Positions 49,108 to 58,330 of a stretch of DNA of 64,000 nt are shown here, in pieces. The notes under the pieces are model-generated. The model was given only the letters and a program-made list of their open reading frames with translations, ran no database searches and had not been told where the DNA came from. The stretch's first letter is position 1; each line of letters begins with the position of its first letter. The stretch comes from Chloroflexota bacterium (GTDB lineage Bacteria > Chloroflexota > Chloroflexia > Chloroflexales > Herpetosiphonaceae), in contig JAIUOC010000003.1 in NCBI GenBank assembly GCA_020161265.1, positions 299,024 to 363,023 on the forward strand, read 5' to 3'. A program made the position numbers and the translations under genes.

Positions 49108-50949
49108 ATGTCGCATTTATTACTAATCACGATTGGTCCAGTTCAAGATTTCATCGCCAGTGCTCGCCGAACCCGCGACCTCTGGTTTGGTTCGTGGCTG
49201 CTCAGCGAGTTGTCCAAAGCGGCGGCACAAAGCATTTATCAAGCTAAAGGTAATTTGATCTTTCCTTATCCAACCGATTCTGACCAAGATTTAGAGGCAA
49301 ATAGTGCTTTCAATGTACCCAACAAAATTCTGGCCGAGGTAGAGGGCGATGTCAAAACGATTGCTGACGCAGCCAAAAATGGCTTGGATACCCGCTTGAA
49401 CGAAATTCGTAACGGGGCATTTGCAAAAGTAACTGGTGCGTTTGATCAAGCCCGAGCCAATGACCAAATCAATGCTTTGATGGAATTCAATTGGGTTGCC
49501 CTGCCCTTAGGGACTGATTATGCGAAAACTCGCGAGCAGCTTGAACACCTGATGGCAGCTCGCAAAAATACTCGTAATTTTAGCGAGGTGACGTGGGGCA
49601 CTCGTGCTCCAAAATCCTCAATCGATGGCGAACGTGAATCGGTGATTGATGAAAAATACTATCCCCCTGCTGGGATGGCGAATACCTCGCCAGAATACGC
49701 CAAAATCGTGACTAGGCTCTATCGTGATTATGGAATCAACGTTGGTGAACGTTTATCAGGCGTTGATATTCTTAAACGTCATGGTCAAAAAGGTGCCGAT
49801 TCAAGATTTCCAAGCACCTCGCATATGGCTGCTATACCTGTTTTTAATTATTTGCTTGGAATGAATACCAAAGAGCAAAGTAAAAATAAGGTAGCCCAAT
49901 CGTGGGATACATACATTGCTAATTTAAATACTATTCCTGCGGCACAAGAATATATTCGCAATGAAGTTACTCCCAAATCACAGGATATTTTTAAAGATTA
50001 TGATGGTTCGCTCCTCTTTGCTGAACGTTTTAATGATGCTTTGGTAGGGGATGATCTGAAGAATGCTCAAAAATATCTGCATGATTTCTTAAAACCATTT
50101 CTTGATACTACAACTCCGATTCCCTACTATGCCATTCTGCATGCTGATGGTGATGCGATGGGGAAATTTATTAATGCGACCCATAGAATGGATGAACATC
50201 AAGACATTTCTGAAAAATTAACTAGATTTGCGGGAAATGTTAAGTTGATCGTGGAGAAACATCAAGGAGCCTTAGTCTATTCGGGCGGCGATGACGTTTT
50301 AGCATTTTTACCACTAACAAGTAGCTTTGAAATTCAAGAAAGTGACAATAAACGTTTCGCAACAGTTTTTGATTGTGCTGCTGAATTAGCTGATGAGTTC
50401 AAACAAAAACTTGCTAATTCAATGGTATCACTCTCGGTTGGCATTGCGATTGTGCATCACCTCGAGCCATTATCCGATGCCTTAGATTTAGCGCGTAAGG
50501 CTGAGCAGAAAGCCAAAGCTGTAACAGGTAAAAATGCGCTGGCAATCAACCTCAGCAAACGCGGCGGCGCAGATCGAATTATCGCCGGATCGTGGGCTAA
50601 ACCTGAGGGTCAGTTTTCGTTATATGAACGACTGACGCACCTAATCGAGTTACATCAAGCCGAGCAAATTCCCCTCGGCTTTGCCTTTGAACTGCACGAT
50701 TTATCTATTCGCCTAAAAGACTTGCCCGCCAACATTTTTCACGCCGAAGCCAAACGAATCATCGAGCGCAAGCATACAAGCAACGGTAAAAAAGTTAAGG
50801 ATACTATTGCAGGGCAATTACTCAAAATGATTGATGATTTGTTATTAGATCAAAATACCAAGCCTCATTCTGGTATTCAACAATTTGCTGATGAAGTCAT
50901 TATTGCCGAATTTATTGCTAAAGCACAGAAGCTCGCCAATGGAAATTAA
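49108..50949 (+). CDS. cmr2: Type III-B Cas10/Cmr2, short form lacking the HD domain and the Cys4 zinc finger. The GGDD cyclase motif is intact.
   Basis: N-terminal 'ITIGPVQDFIASARRTRDLWFGSWLLSEL', palm-1 'ILHADGDAMGKF', palm-2 'LVYSGGDDVLAFLPL'. The protein has a single Cys. 613 aa. Confidence 0.75.
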   Translation: MSHLLLITIGPVQDFIASARRTRDLWFGSWLLSELSKAAAQSIYQAKGNLIFPYPTDSDQDLEANSAFNVPNKILAEVEGDVKTIADAAKNGLDTRLNEIRNGAFAKVTGAFDQARANDQINALMEFNWVALPLGTDYAKTREQLEHLMAARKNTRNFSEVTWGTRAPKSSIDGERESVIDEKYYPPAGMANTSPEYAKIVTRLYRDYGINVGERLSGVDILKRHGQKGADSRFPSTSHMAAIPVFNYLLGMNTKEQSKNKVAQSWDTYIANLNTIPAAQEYIRNEVTPKSQDIFKDYDGSLLFAERFNDALVGDDLKNAQKYLHDFLKPFLDTTTPIPYYAILHADGDAMGKFINATHRMDEHQDISEKLTRFAGNVKLIVEKHQGALVYSGGDDVLAFLPLTSSFEIQESDNKRFATVFDCAAELADEFKQKLANSMVSLSVGIAIVHHLEPLSDALDLARKAEQKAKAVTGKNALAINLSKRGGADRIIAGSWAKPEGQFSLYERLTHLIELHQAEQIPLGFAFELHDLSIRLKDLPANIFHAEAKRIIERKHTSNGKKVKDTIAGQLLKMIDDLLLDQNTKPHSGIQQFADEVIIAEFIAKAQKLANGN

Positions 50950-50974
50950 TCCAACAAGTTTTTGGAGGATTGCT

Positions 50975-52450
50975 ATGACTACACGCCGAGAACGTTCTAA
51001 GCAAAAGCAACAAGCCAAAAGGCAAAACAGCAGCAATATCCAATTGGTTGAGCAAACATTGCTAACACCAACCATTGATCAAATAGCTGAACCAACAATT
51101 GAGTCGGATAATTCAATTCAAGTTGAGGCAAACTCAGATCAACCAACCAACGCTGAAACTACAACTCAGCAAGCGTGGCTGATCGAGCCGCGTGACCCGT
51201 TGATTGTGCGCGATGGCCGACCGTTTAACAATACACTAGGAGCACGCGCCTATACCCAGTCGTTTCCACCACCATCAGTTTTGGCTGGGGTTATTCGATC
51301 CCAAACCGCCTATGCAACAAATATGCGGCTTACCCTTGATAATGGTAAACCTAATCAACCTAAGCTTGATCTGCTTAAACAAATAAAAATTTATGGACCA
51401 TTGCTATTCAAATTGCCCAATCCAAACAAAGAAAAAAATGAGCCTGAATTCCTATGTGCTGCACCTGCCGATGCACTGTTATTTGAGCCTGAGGCCAAAA
51501 CCGAGGCCCAAGAATCCGACAATCAACAATCACCCGCAACTCGACCTTGGCTCTGCCGCTTGATGCCAATTCAGGTTCCTGAAGGGTTCGTCTGCGATTT
51601 TAATGAACTTGGCTTGGTTGGTTTAGTCAAAGCTGATCCACGTAAGCCAGCCAAAGAGCAACCGCAATTTTGGTATTGGAAGCATTTTCTGCAATGGTTG
51701 CAAGATCCTGAAGGATTGATCAATAAGACCAATCCTCAAGCCTCAAACCCCAAGACAATCGCCATGGGAGATTTGGGAATTAAAGGCTTACCAATTGATC
51801 AACGAACGCATGTACAGATTGATAGTGAGAGCCAAAGTGCTGAAGATGGCCGCTTATTTCAAACCCGTGGCCTAAGTTTTACCCAAACCAACGAGCAACA
51901 ATTAGCAGAAGCGCGGCGTTTGGCATTATATGTGCACGCCGATTACCGCGATATAACTGGTTTAAGCATTCCACAGCCAAGCATTGCCCCCTTGGGCGGC
52001 GAACGCCGTTTGGCTCATTGGGCAACAACCAATCATAACTTACCAGCATGCGATCAAGCTATTCTCGACGCAATCGTAGAAGCCAACGCCTGTCGCGTAA
52101 TTCTGCTCACCCCAGCGATGTTTGAACATGGCTATCGCCCAACTTGGCTTTGTCGCGAGGTTGATGGGGTGCAGCCAACACTTGCAGCAATCGCGATCAA
52201 GCGTGCTCAAGTTATTTCAGGCTGGGATTTAGCAGCACGTGGCGCTAAACCAACTCGCCGCCTAGCTCCTGCTGGCACAGTCTTTTTCCTCTCGCTAGTA
52301 GGCGAAAAACCTGCAATTGAAGCTTGGGTTCGCAACTATTGGATGCGTTGTATTAGCGATGCCGACCAAGATCGCCGCGATGGCTTTGGGTTAGCAGTGC
52401 TCGGAGTTTGGGATGGGACGTTCGCTGAAATTAAGGGGGTAACCAAATGA
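50975..52450 (+). CDS. cmr3: Type III-B Cmr3 (Cas5 family)
   Basis: 'WLIEPRDPLIVRDGRPF...SFPPPSVLAGVIRS' is a typical Cmr3 N-terminus. GGAGG RBS. Confidence 0.7.
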   Translation: MTTRRERSKQKQQAKRQNSSNIQLVEQTLLTPTIDQIAEPTIESDNSIQVEANSDQPTNAETTTQQAWLIEPRDPLIVRDGRPFNNTLGARAYTQSFPPPSVLAGVIRSQTAYATNMRLTLDNGKPNQPKLDLLKQIKIYGPLLFKLPNPNKEKNEPEFLCAAPADALLFEPEAKTEAQESDNQQSPATRPWLCRLMPIQVPEGFVCDFNELGLVGLVKADPRKPAKEQPQFWYWKHFLQWLQDPEGLINKTNPQASNPKTIAMGDLGIKGLPIDQRTHVQIDSESQSAEDGRLFQTRGLSFTQTNEQQLAEARRLALYVHADYRDITGLSIPQPSIAPLGGERRLAHWATTNHNLPACDQAILDAIVEANACRVILLTPAMFEHGYRPTWLCREVDGVQPTLAAIAIKRAQVISGWDLAARGAKPTRRLAPAGTVFFLSLVGEKPAIEAWVRNYWMRCISDADQDRRDGFGLAVLGVWDGTFAEIKGVTK

Positions 52451-53877
52451 ATCGTAAACCAACTATTGATGCACCGGATCTGGAAAATTATCAATTACCC
52501 AATCAATTTACTGTTGGCGAACATACCTATATCACCGAAACCCGCAGCTACAAGCTGATCACCCCATTATTTGGTGGCGGCATCGAGGCTGGAGTGAATG
52601 ACCCAATCACGCCTATTCGTGCTAGTGGCATTCGCGGCCAATTGCGCTTTTGGTGGCGAGCTATTCGCGGCGGCGGCTATAGCTCAATTGATGATTTACG
52701 GGCAAAAGAGGCTGAGATTTGGGGTAGTGCTAATACAAATAGTGATTCGAAGAAAAATCGACAACTTTTTAGATCGGTGCAAATTAACGTTACTGAGGTT
52801 ATTCATACTCAAAATGAAAAAAAGAAGTATGAAATTACTCCATACGAAGTCATAAAAAAAGATGGTAAGTACTCAGTCACTATAACTCGAAACAATCCTA
52901 TTCCTAGATATGCAGTATTCCCACTACAACCAACTACTGAGGAAGCACAAGAGATAAAAGATAACAAACAAGATAAGCGCATTAAAAAACTTACCCATAA
53001 TATCCATTTTGATTTAGAGATTACATATCACGAAAGTTTTGAACTTGAAATTCAATCTGCATTATGGGCATGGGAGACATTTGGTGGAGTTGGTGGTCGT
53101 ACCCGACGTGGATTTGGTTCGATCAAAAGACTTGATAATCTTACATATCCTAAAACTATAAAGGATTTCAGACAATGGCTTATTAAAAATTTTGAAAATT
53201 ACAGTGTACTAACATATCTGCATGAAAAATTGCCTCAACTAAATATTAATAACCCTATTCGATTTATGATCTTTTATAAAACAAAAAAACAAGGTTTATT
53301 TGGAATGTGGAGGGATTTGATAGAACAATTGAAATATTTTCGGCAAGCAAAAAATACTGATGGAACAAGTCTTTGGCCTGAACCAAATCAGATTCGTAGA
53401 ATTACAAAACAATATCTTAAGCATCATAATCCAGATAATGTTCAAGCAAATCCGCAGTATAAGATAATCAAGGCATTCCCTCGTGCCCAGTTTGGATTAC
53501 CAATCATTTTTCAGTTTAAAGGTAATAGATATGGATCTAATAGGAAAGATTTAGATCCTCGTCCTACAACTCTTGGATTAGTAAATCCCAATGATTCAAC
53601 AAAAGATAATGAGCGTTTAGCCAGCCCACTTATCTTAAAAACCTTCCAATGTACAAATGGAGATAGCATAGGGTTAGCATTTATTTTATCAGGAAGTGAA
53701 CTAGCGCCAAAAATGGAGCTAGCACTGAAGGCTAGTGGCCATCCTATATCTCCAAAATCAGAAGATCTTAGGTTTTTGTTGGAAGAAGATGAAAAAATTG
53801 ATATAGGTATTAGTGAGGTAAAAGGCAATATCCTTGAATCATTTTTAGCTTATCTTGATAAAAAAATGCCGAAATAA
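52447..53877 (+). CDS. cmr1: Type III-B Cmr1 (Cas7 family), long form
   Basis: 'TPLFGGG...PIRASGIRGQLRFWWRA' and a G-rich loop 'FGGVGGRTRRGFGS'. The central part is AT-rich and Lys/Asn-rich. Confidence 0.7.
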   Translation: MNRKPTIDAPDLENYQLPNQFTVGEHTYITETRSYKLITPLFGGGIEAGVNDPITPIRASGIRGQLRFWWRAIRGGGYSSIDDLRAKEAEIWGSANTNSDSKKNRQLFRSVQINVTEVIHTQNEKKKYEITPYEVIKKDGKYSVTITRNNPIPRYAVFPLQPTTEEAQEIKDNKQDKRIKKLTHNIHFDLEITYHESFELEIQSALWAWETFGGVGGRTRRGFGSIKRLDNLTYPKTIKDFRQWLIKNFENYSVLTYLHEKLPQLNINNPIRFMIFYKTKKQGLFGMWRDLIEQLKYFRQAKNTDGTSLWPEPNQIRRITKQYLKHHNPDNVQANPQYKIIKAFPRAQFGLPIIFQFKGNRYGSNRKDLDPRPTTLGLVNPNDSTKDNERLASPLILKTFQCTNGDSIGLAFILSGSELAPKMELALKASGHPISPKSEDLRFLLEEDEKIDIGISEVKGNILESFLAYLDKKMPK

Positions 53878-53947
53878 TCTACTGTTACTAGGTAAAAAAT
53901 ACTGTTCTCAAAGCATTTTTAGCCTATCTTGCGAAGGAGCTACGATA

Positions 53948-54829
53948 ATGACCACCAAACTCGTTTTTGTGCATGCGCTTTCACCACTTCATGCTGGCAC
54001 TGGCCAAGGCGCTGGAGTTATTGATTTGCCGATTGCCCGTGAAAAAGCCACCAACTTGCCCTATTTGCCTGGTTCATCGCTCAAAGGCCCGTTGCGCGAT
54101 AGTTACGATGGTGCTCGTAAAGACGAAATCTTTGGAACTGCATCAGATAACGCTACTGGTAACGCTGGCTACGTTCAATTTTCTGATCTGCGCTTGTTGT
54201 GCATGCCGGTGCGCAGCTTGTATGGCACCTTCGCATGGGTTACCTCGCCCTACATTCTCAATCGCCTTGCCCGCGAAATCAAAAATCTTTTTACTGAAAA
54301 CACCCCACCGAGCTGGATCGAAAACCCTGATGTCGAGCAATGCCTTGTCGTTGCCGGATCAGCACTTAAATCAAACTTGCCAAAATCAGAAAAGCACAAG
54401 GATATTTATTTAGAAGATTTAGATTTTGAATATCAAGCAGATCAAGCTGAGCTAGTGACCCAATGGGCTGATTGGCTCAAAGAGCGTATTTTTGGCGATT
54501 TACCAGAGTGGCAACCCATGTTTGTCGAGCGTTTCTGCATCGTCAATGATGATGTATTTAGTTTCCTTCTGAATACAACGACCGAAATAACTGCTCGGAT
54601 TCGGCTCAACGATGAGACCAAAACAGTTGCCGATGGTCAACTTTGGTATGAAGAAGCCTTGCCTGCCGAATCGATTTTGACTGGCTTGATGTTGATTGCT
54701 CCGCCAGCCTCAAAAACAGACGTAGGAGACAGCATTAAGACTGAGCTACCACGCCTGTGGCAAAAACCAATTCAGCTTGGGGGCAAGGCCACCGTTGGGC
54801 GTGGCATTTGTCGCGTGATTGTGAAATAG
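53948..54829 (+). CDS. cmr4: Type III-B Cmr4 (Cas7 backbone subunit)
   Basis: 'LSPLHAGTGQGAGVIDLPIAREKATNLPYLPGSSLKGPLRD'. GAAGGAG RBS before ATG 53948. Confidence 0.8.
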   Translation: MTTKLVFVHALSPLHAGTGQGAGVIDLPIAREKATNLPYLPGSSLKGPLRDSYDGARKDEIFGTASDNATGNAGYVQFSDLRLLCMPVRSLYGTFAWVTSPYILNRLAREIKNLFTENTPPSWIENPDVEQCLVVAGSALKSNLPKSEKHKDIYLEDLDFEYQADQAELVTQWADWLKERIFGDLPEWQPMFVERFCIVNDDVFSFLLNTTTEITARIRLNDETKTVADGQLWYEEALPAESILTGLMLIAPPASKTDVGDSIKTELPRLWQKPIQLGGKATVGRGICRVIVK

Positions 54830-54839
54830 GAGCAGCACA

Positions 54840-55310
54840 ATGAGTAATTCAGTCTTTCAAACTCGTGATCAACAATATGCTGCTTCAGCGTATGCTCATA
54901 TTGAAGAAGTTCTAGAAAAATATCCAAAACCGGATATTAAGTCAGATGAAAAAAACACACTGGTGTACAAAAAAAACCGCAAACGCTACGGGGTCATAGC
55001 ACATAAATTGCCTATATTAATTAGAACTGCTGGCTTAACGCAAGCATTGGCATTTATTAGTTCACGGAGTAAGAAAAATAAAACTGGCAAAGAAGATGAA
55101 TTTAGTTTATTCCTAAGCCATCTTGCAAAAACAATAAACATAGATACAAATGATCTTGTTCAATATAGTATCCAACAACCCCTATCAAATTATATGTATC
55201 TAACCCAACAGGTGCTTGATGCACTTTTATGGTATAAGCGCTTTGCTCAAAGTGTACTTGATGTTGATCCAACTGATCAACTTGATGATGAGCAGGGAGC
55301 TGAAGCATGA
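54840..55310 (+). CDS. cmr5: Type III-B Cmr5 (Cas11 small subunit)
   Basis: 156-aa helical protein between cmr4 and cmr6, e.g. 'HKLPILIRTAGLTQALAF'. Confidence 0.65.
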   Translation: MSNSVFQTRDQQYAASAYAHIEEVLEKYPKPDIKSDEKNTLVYKKNRKRYGVIAHKLPILIRTAGLTQALAFISSRSKKNKTGKEDEFSLFLSHLAKTINIDTNDLVQYSIQQPLSNYMYLTQQVLDALLWYKRFAQSVLDVDPTDQLDDEQGAEA

Positions 55311-56155
55311 GAAGCAGTCGTTTAGAGGTTAAATATGAGCATATTTCAACAAAAGATAGGCCTAGTGATTGTAATGCAGGCTTATGGCTAGATCGTTATT
55401 TATCTGATCAATCAAACGATGATGGGAATTTCAAACCAAAGCATTTCGCCGATGTTACCAAAATTGCACATCACATGCATAACTCTAAACTCTATCGAGC
55501 ATTTTTTACCCGTTGGTTGAACACATTAAAGGGGATTCCTGAGATTTGTTTGTTGAAGGCGACCGTCGAGGGCCGTATGGTCGTGGGGCTGGGAGCCGAA
55601 AGTGTGCTCGAAAACGCTATTGCCTTGCAGCGCACCTACGGCTTGCCTTACATTCCAGGCAGTGGCTTGAAAGGCTTGGCATCGAGCTTCGCTCACCAAC
55701 GCCTTGGCCAAAGCCCAGCCAACGCTGATACCCTCAACGATTGGGCTAAGGGTGGAAAATTTCATCGCGAATTATTTGGCACAACCGAGCTAAGTGGCTG
55801 CGTTAGCTTTTACGATGCTTTGTATATTCCTAATACGGCTCAGGCTGGTGGTCCATTGCATTCGGATGTGATTACTGTGCATCATCCTACGTATTATCAA
55901 GGCAATTCAACCCCGCCAGCGGATTGGGATAGCCCAGATATTATTCCGTTTCTTAGCGCAACTGGTCACTATTTAGTAGCACTCAGCGGAGACCCGAATT
56001 GGTGTAATGCCGCCCGCACCCTGCTCGCTAATGGCCTGACGCATATGGGTATTGGCGCAAAAACATCAAGCGGCTATGGCCGGATGAAACTTGGGGAAAT
56101 GTGTAAGAACGAGCAACAAATCGAAGCCCTACTTCAACGTTTGAATAAAAAATAA
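55307..56155 (+). CDS. cmr6: Type III-B Cmr6 (Cas7 family)
   Basis: 'GLGAESVLENAIALQRTYGLPYIPGSGLKGLA'. Overlaps the cmr5 stop (ATGA). Confidence 0.75.
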   Translation: MRSSRLEVKYEHISTKDRPSDCNAGLWLDRYLSDQSNDDGNFKPKHFADVTKIAHHMHNSKLYRAFFTRWLNTLKGIPEICLLKATVEGRMVVGLGAESVLENAIALQRTYGLPYIPGSGLKGLASSFAHQRLGQSPANADTLNDWAKGGKFHRELFGTTELSGCVSFYDALYIPNTAQAGGPLHSDVITVHHPTYYQGNSTPPADWDSPDIIPFLSATGHYLVALSGDPNWCNAARTLLANGLTHMGIGAKTSSGYGRMKLGEMCKNEQQIEALLQRLNKK

Positions 56156-56221
56156 GAGCGCTTTTGATGATGAGTTAAAAAGGTTTTTCATTAATTTTTA
56201 TTTTCACTTAAGGAGTCATCG

Positions 56222-57076
56222 ATGAAAATTCTTTTATCGCTAGTTGGTGCCCAACCTTTGCCGAACCTTATTCCTATCTATCACCTTAAACCAGATTTAG
56301 CATTGCTTATTTATACTGGTGGAACAGTCAAACAAGCTAATAATACTGCGGCGCTTCTAAGATCCAAAAATATTGAAACTGAAATTATATGTACGGATTC
56401 TTATGATATCTCAAAGATTACCCGACAGATAGAGGAAGGTATTTCTAATTTCAGCGCAGGTAATGAGATTTACTTTAATGTTACTGGTGGAACAAAACCG
56501 ATGTCATTTGCCGCTGCCCAGGTGGCACGAAAATACAACTTTCCTGTGGTTTATCTTGAGAGCGAAGCAGGCAAAAGTAAGTTGTATACATATGCTTGGA
56601 AAGATTTTGAATTCCATCTCATAAAAGAAGATTCTATACCACCTTGTATAGCACTAGAGGATTGGCTAGATGTTCATTTAGGCTTAGAAAATTGGTCTAT
56701 CGAGAAAGTAAAAGAGCCTTTTGAAGAAGCAGTTATAGGTATTCTGGAAAAGAATAATATTGAAATATTATCAGCTGTACGTTCTTTCTCAGGACAGATA
56801 GATTTAGATGTAATTTATCGTAAGGGTAATCATTTTGGTATTATTGAAGTGAAATGCGGAGAAAAAGGTAAAAAAATTGAAGGTATAAGACAACTTAATA
56901 CAACGGGTTTACACTTAGGTATTTATTCAAATAAGATTCTAATTATTACAGAACAACCTGGGAAATCTCAATTAGCCCTTGCAGATGCATCAAATGTGCA
57001 AATTCTTTCAGTTAATTTTGATGGCTCTACTATTGATGAAGATTCTGAAGCAAAAATATTAAATATTATTAAGTGA
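56222..57076 (+). CDS. CARF-domain protein with a C-terminal PD-(D/E)xK nuclease-like domain (Can2/Card1-like cOA-activated effector candidate)
   Basis: N-terminal 'MKILLSLVGAQPLPNLIPI' CARF-type Rossmann start and C-terminal 'IDLDVIYRKGNHFGIIEVKCGEK' (D...EVK). AT-rich gene. Confidence 0.55.
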   Translation: MKILLSLVGAQPLPNLIPIYHLKPDLALLIYTGGTVKQANNTAALLRSKNIETEIICTDSYDISKITRQIEEGISNFSAGNEIYFNVTGGTKPMSFAAAQVARKYNFPVVYLESEAGKSKLYTYAWKDFEFHLIKEDSIPPCIALEDWLDVHLGLENWSIEKVKEPFEEAVIGILEKNNIEILSAVRSFSGQIDLDVIYRKGNHFGIIEVKCGEKGKKIEGIRQLNTTGLHLGIYSNKILIITEQPGKSQLALADASNVQILSVNFDGSTIDEDSEAKILNIIK

Positions 57077-57110
57077 TATTATTCGAGTAGAATTTAACGA
57101 AGGAAACCCT

Positions 57111-57500
57111 ATGCTTCTGATTAACTTTGCGCATCCATTGACTGATAAACAGTTTGCCCAAGTTGTAGCGCTGGTCGATGAAACGCCCGAAATTCGCTTT
57201 GTCGATACCCAAGTGAGCCGCATGCGGCCTTTGGCTGAGGTTGCTTACGATTTGATTGAAAGCATCGGCTTGAAAACCGCCGATTGGCAAACAATCCCAA
57301 TTATTATCAATCCGCCGGGGCTGGCTCCATTGGCCTTGGCGGTTATCGCTGAGTTGCATGGGCGCTCCGGCTATTTTATGCCAATCATCAATATGCGCCC
57401 TGTGCCCAATACCACCCCAACCGTTTTTGAGGTAGGCGAGATTTGCAATTTGGATGCAATTCGTCAAGTCGCCCGCACTCGGCGAATTCCTAAACTGTAG
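57111..57500 (+). CDS. Small (129 aa) uncharacterized protein co-oriented with the cmr module. Possible accessory protein (Csx3/ring-nuclease-like?), unverified.
   Basis: Position and orientation only. Alternating beta/alpha pattern 'WQTIPIIINPPGLAPLALAVIAELHG'. Confidence 0.35.
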   Translation: MLLINFAHPLTDKQFAQVVALVDETPEIRFVDTQVSRMRPLAEVAYDLIESIGLKTADWQTIPIIINPPGLAPLALAVIAELHGRSGYFMPIINMRPVPNTTPTVFEVGEICNLDAIRQVARTRRIPKL

Positions 57501-57548
57501 CAGCAACACAGGGCATCGATATGATTTGATCGGTGCCCTGCATTTAAT

Positions 57549-58307
57549 CTAGCTAAACCGCCCGACATACACGGTGGTTGTGTATAAAAAGGCCACTTTG
57601 CCTTCAACCTGATGCTGTTGCCAAGCCTCAATCAACCCTTGGCGGAGCAGTTGATAGGTAGGTTGCTCAGGTGTAGGCGTATACGACGAGGAAAAAGCTC
57701 GGCCTAACAAACCAGCTTGATCAAAATATTGGGCGTTTTGGGCGGTATAGCAAGCTGGTTGGTTGCCAAAGAAATCAGCAATGCGTTGTGGTTCGATGTT
57801 GGTATGCCTGACGCTGGCGTAATCGCTGCCAAATTGGTGTAATAGCGCTTCGTATTGCTGTAAAAACGCTGTGCCGTCAAGCGAACGTTGGTTCCAAATT
57901 AAGCCTACCCAACCCTCAGGTTGTAAAATTCGTTGCCATTCGCGGCGCGTCGCCTGTGGTTCGAACCAGTGAAACGCCTGAGCCGCCGTAATCCAATCGA
58001 CGCTCTGATCGTCCAATCCCGTGGCTTCGGCGCTACCATCAACGGCTTGGAATGTGGGATAACGCTCGGCAAGTTGCAGGCTGGCTTCGCGCATCGGTGC
58101 GTTGGGTTCAACCGCATAGACAGTTGCCCCATGCTGGAGTAGTTGCTCGCTCCAAATCCCTGTGCCCGCCCCAATATCGGCCACGACTGAGTTTTGGCCA
58201 AAGCCATGGTGTTGTTGCAAGGGCACGAATATTTCGCTAGGGTAATTTGGGCGAAACTGGACATAATCAGCTACCCGATTGCTGAAGCGCTGACGATTAT
58301 CGGTCAT
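57549..58307 (-). CDS. Class I SAM-dependent methyltransferase
   Basis: Motif I 'VADIGAGTGIWS' and 'VYAVEPN'. Confidence 0.75.
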   Translation of the reverse strand: MTDNRQRFSNRVADYVQFRPNYPSEIFVPLQQHHGFGQNSVVADIGAGTGIWSEQLLQHGATVYAVEPNAPMREASLQLAERYPTFQAVDGSAEATGLDDQSVDWITAAQAFHWFEPQATRREWQRILQPEGWVGLIWNQRSLDGTAFLQQYEALLHQFGSDYASVRHTNIEPQRIADFFGNQPACYTAQNAQYFDQAGLLGRAFSSSYTPTPEQPTYQLLRQGLIEAWQQHQVEGKVAFLYTTTVYVGRFS

Positions 58308-58330
58308 TGGGCTACTCCTTCAAGCAAATG

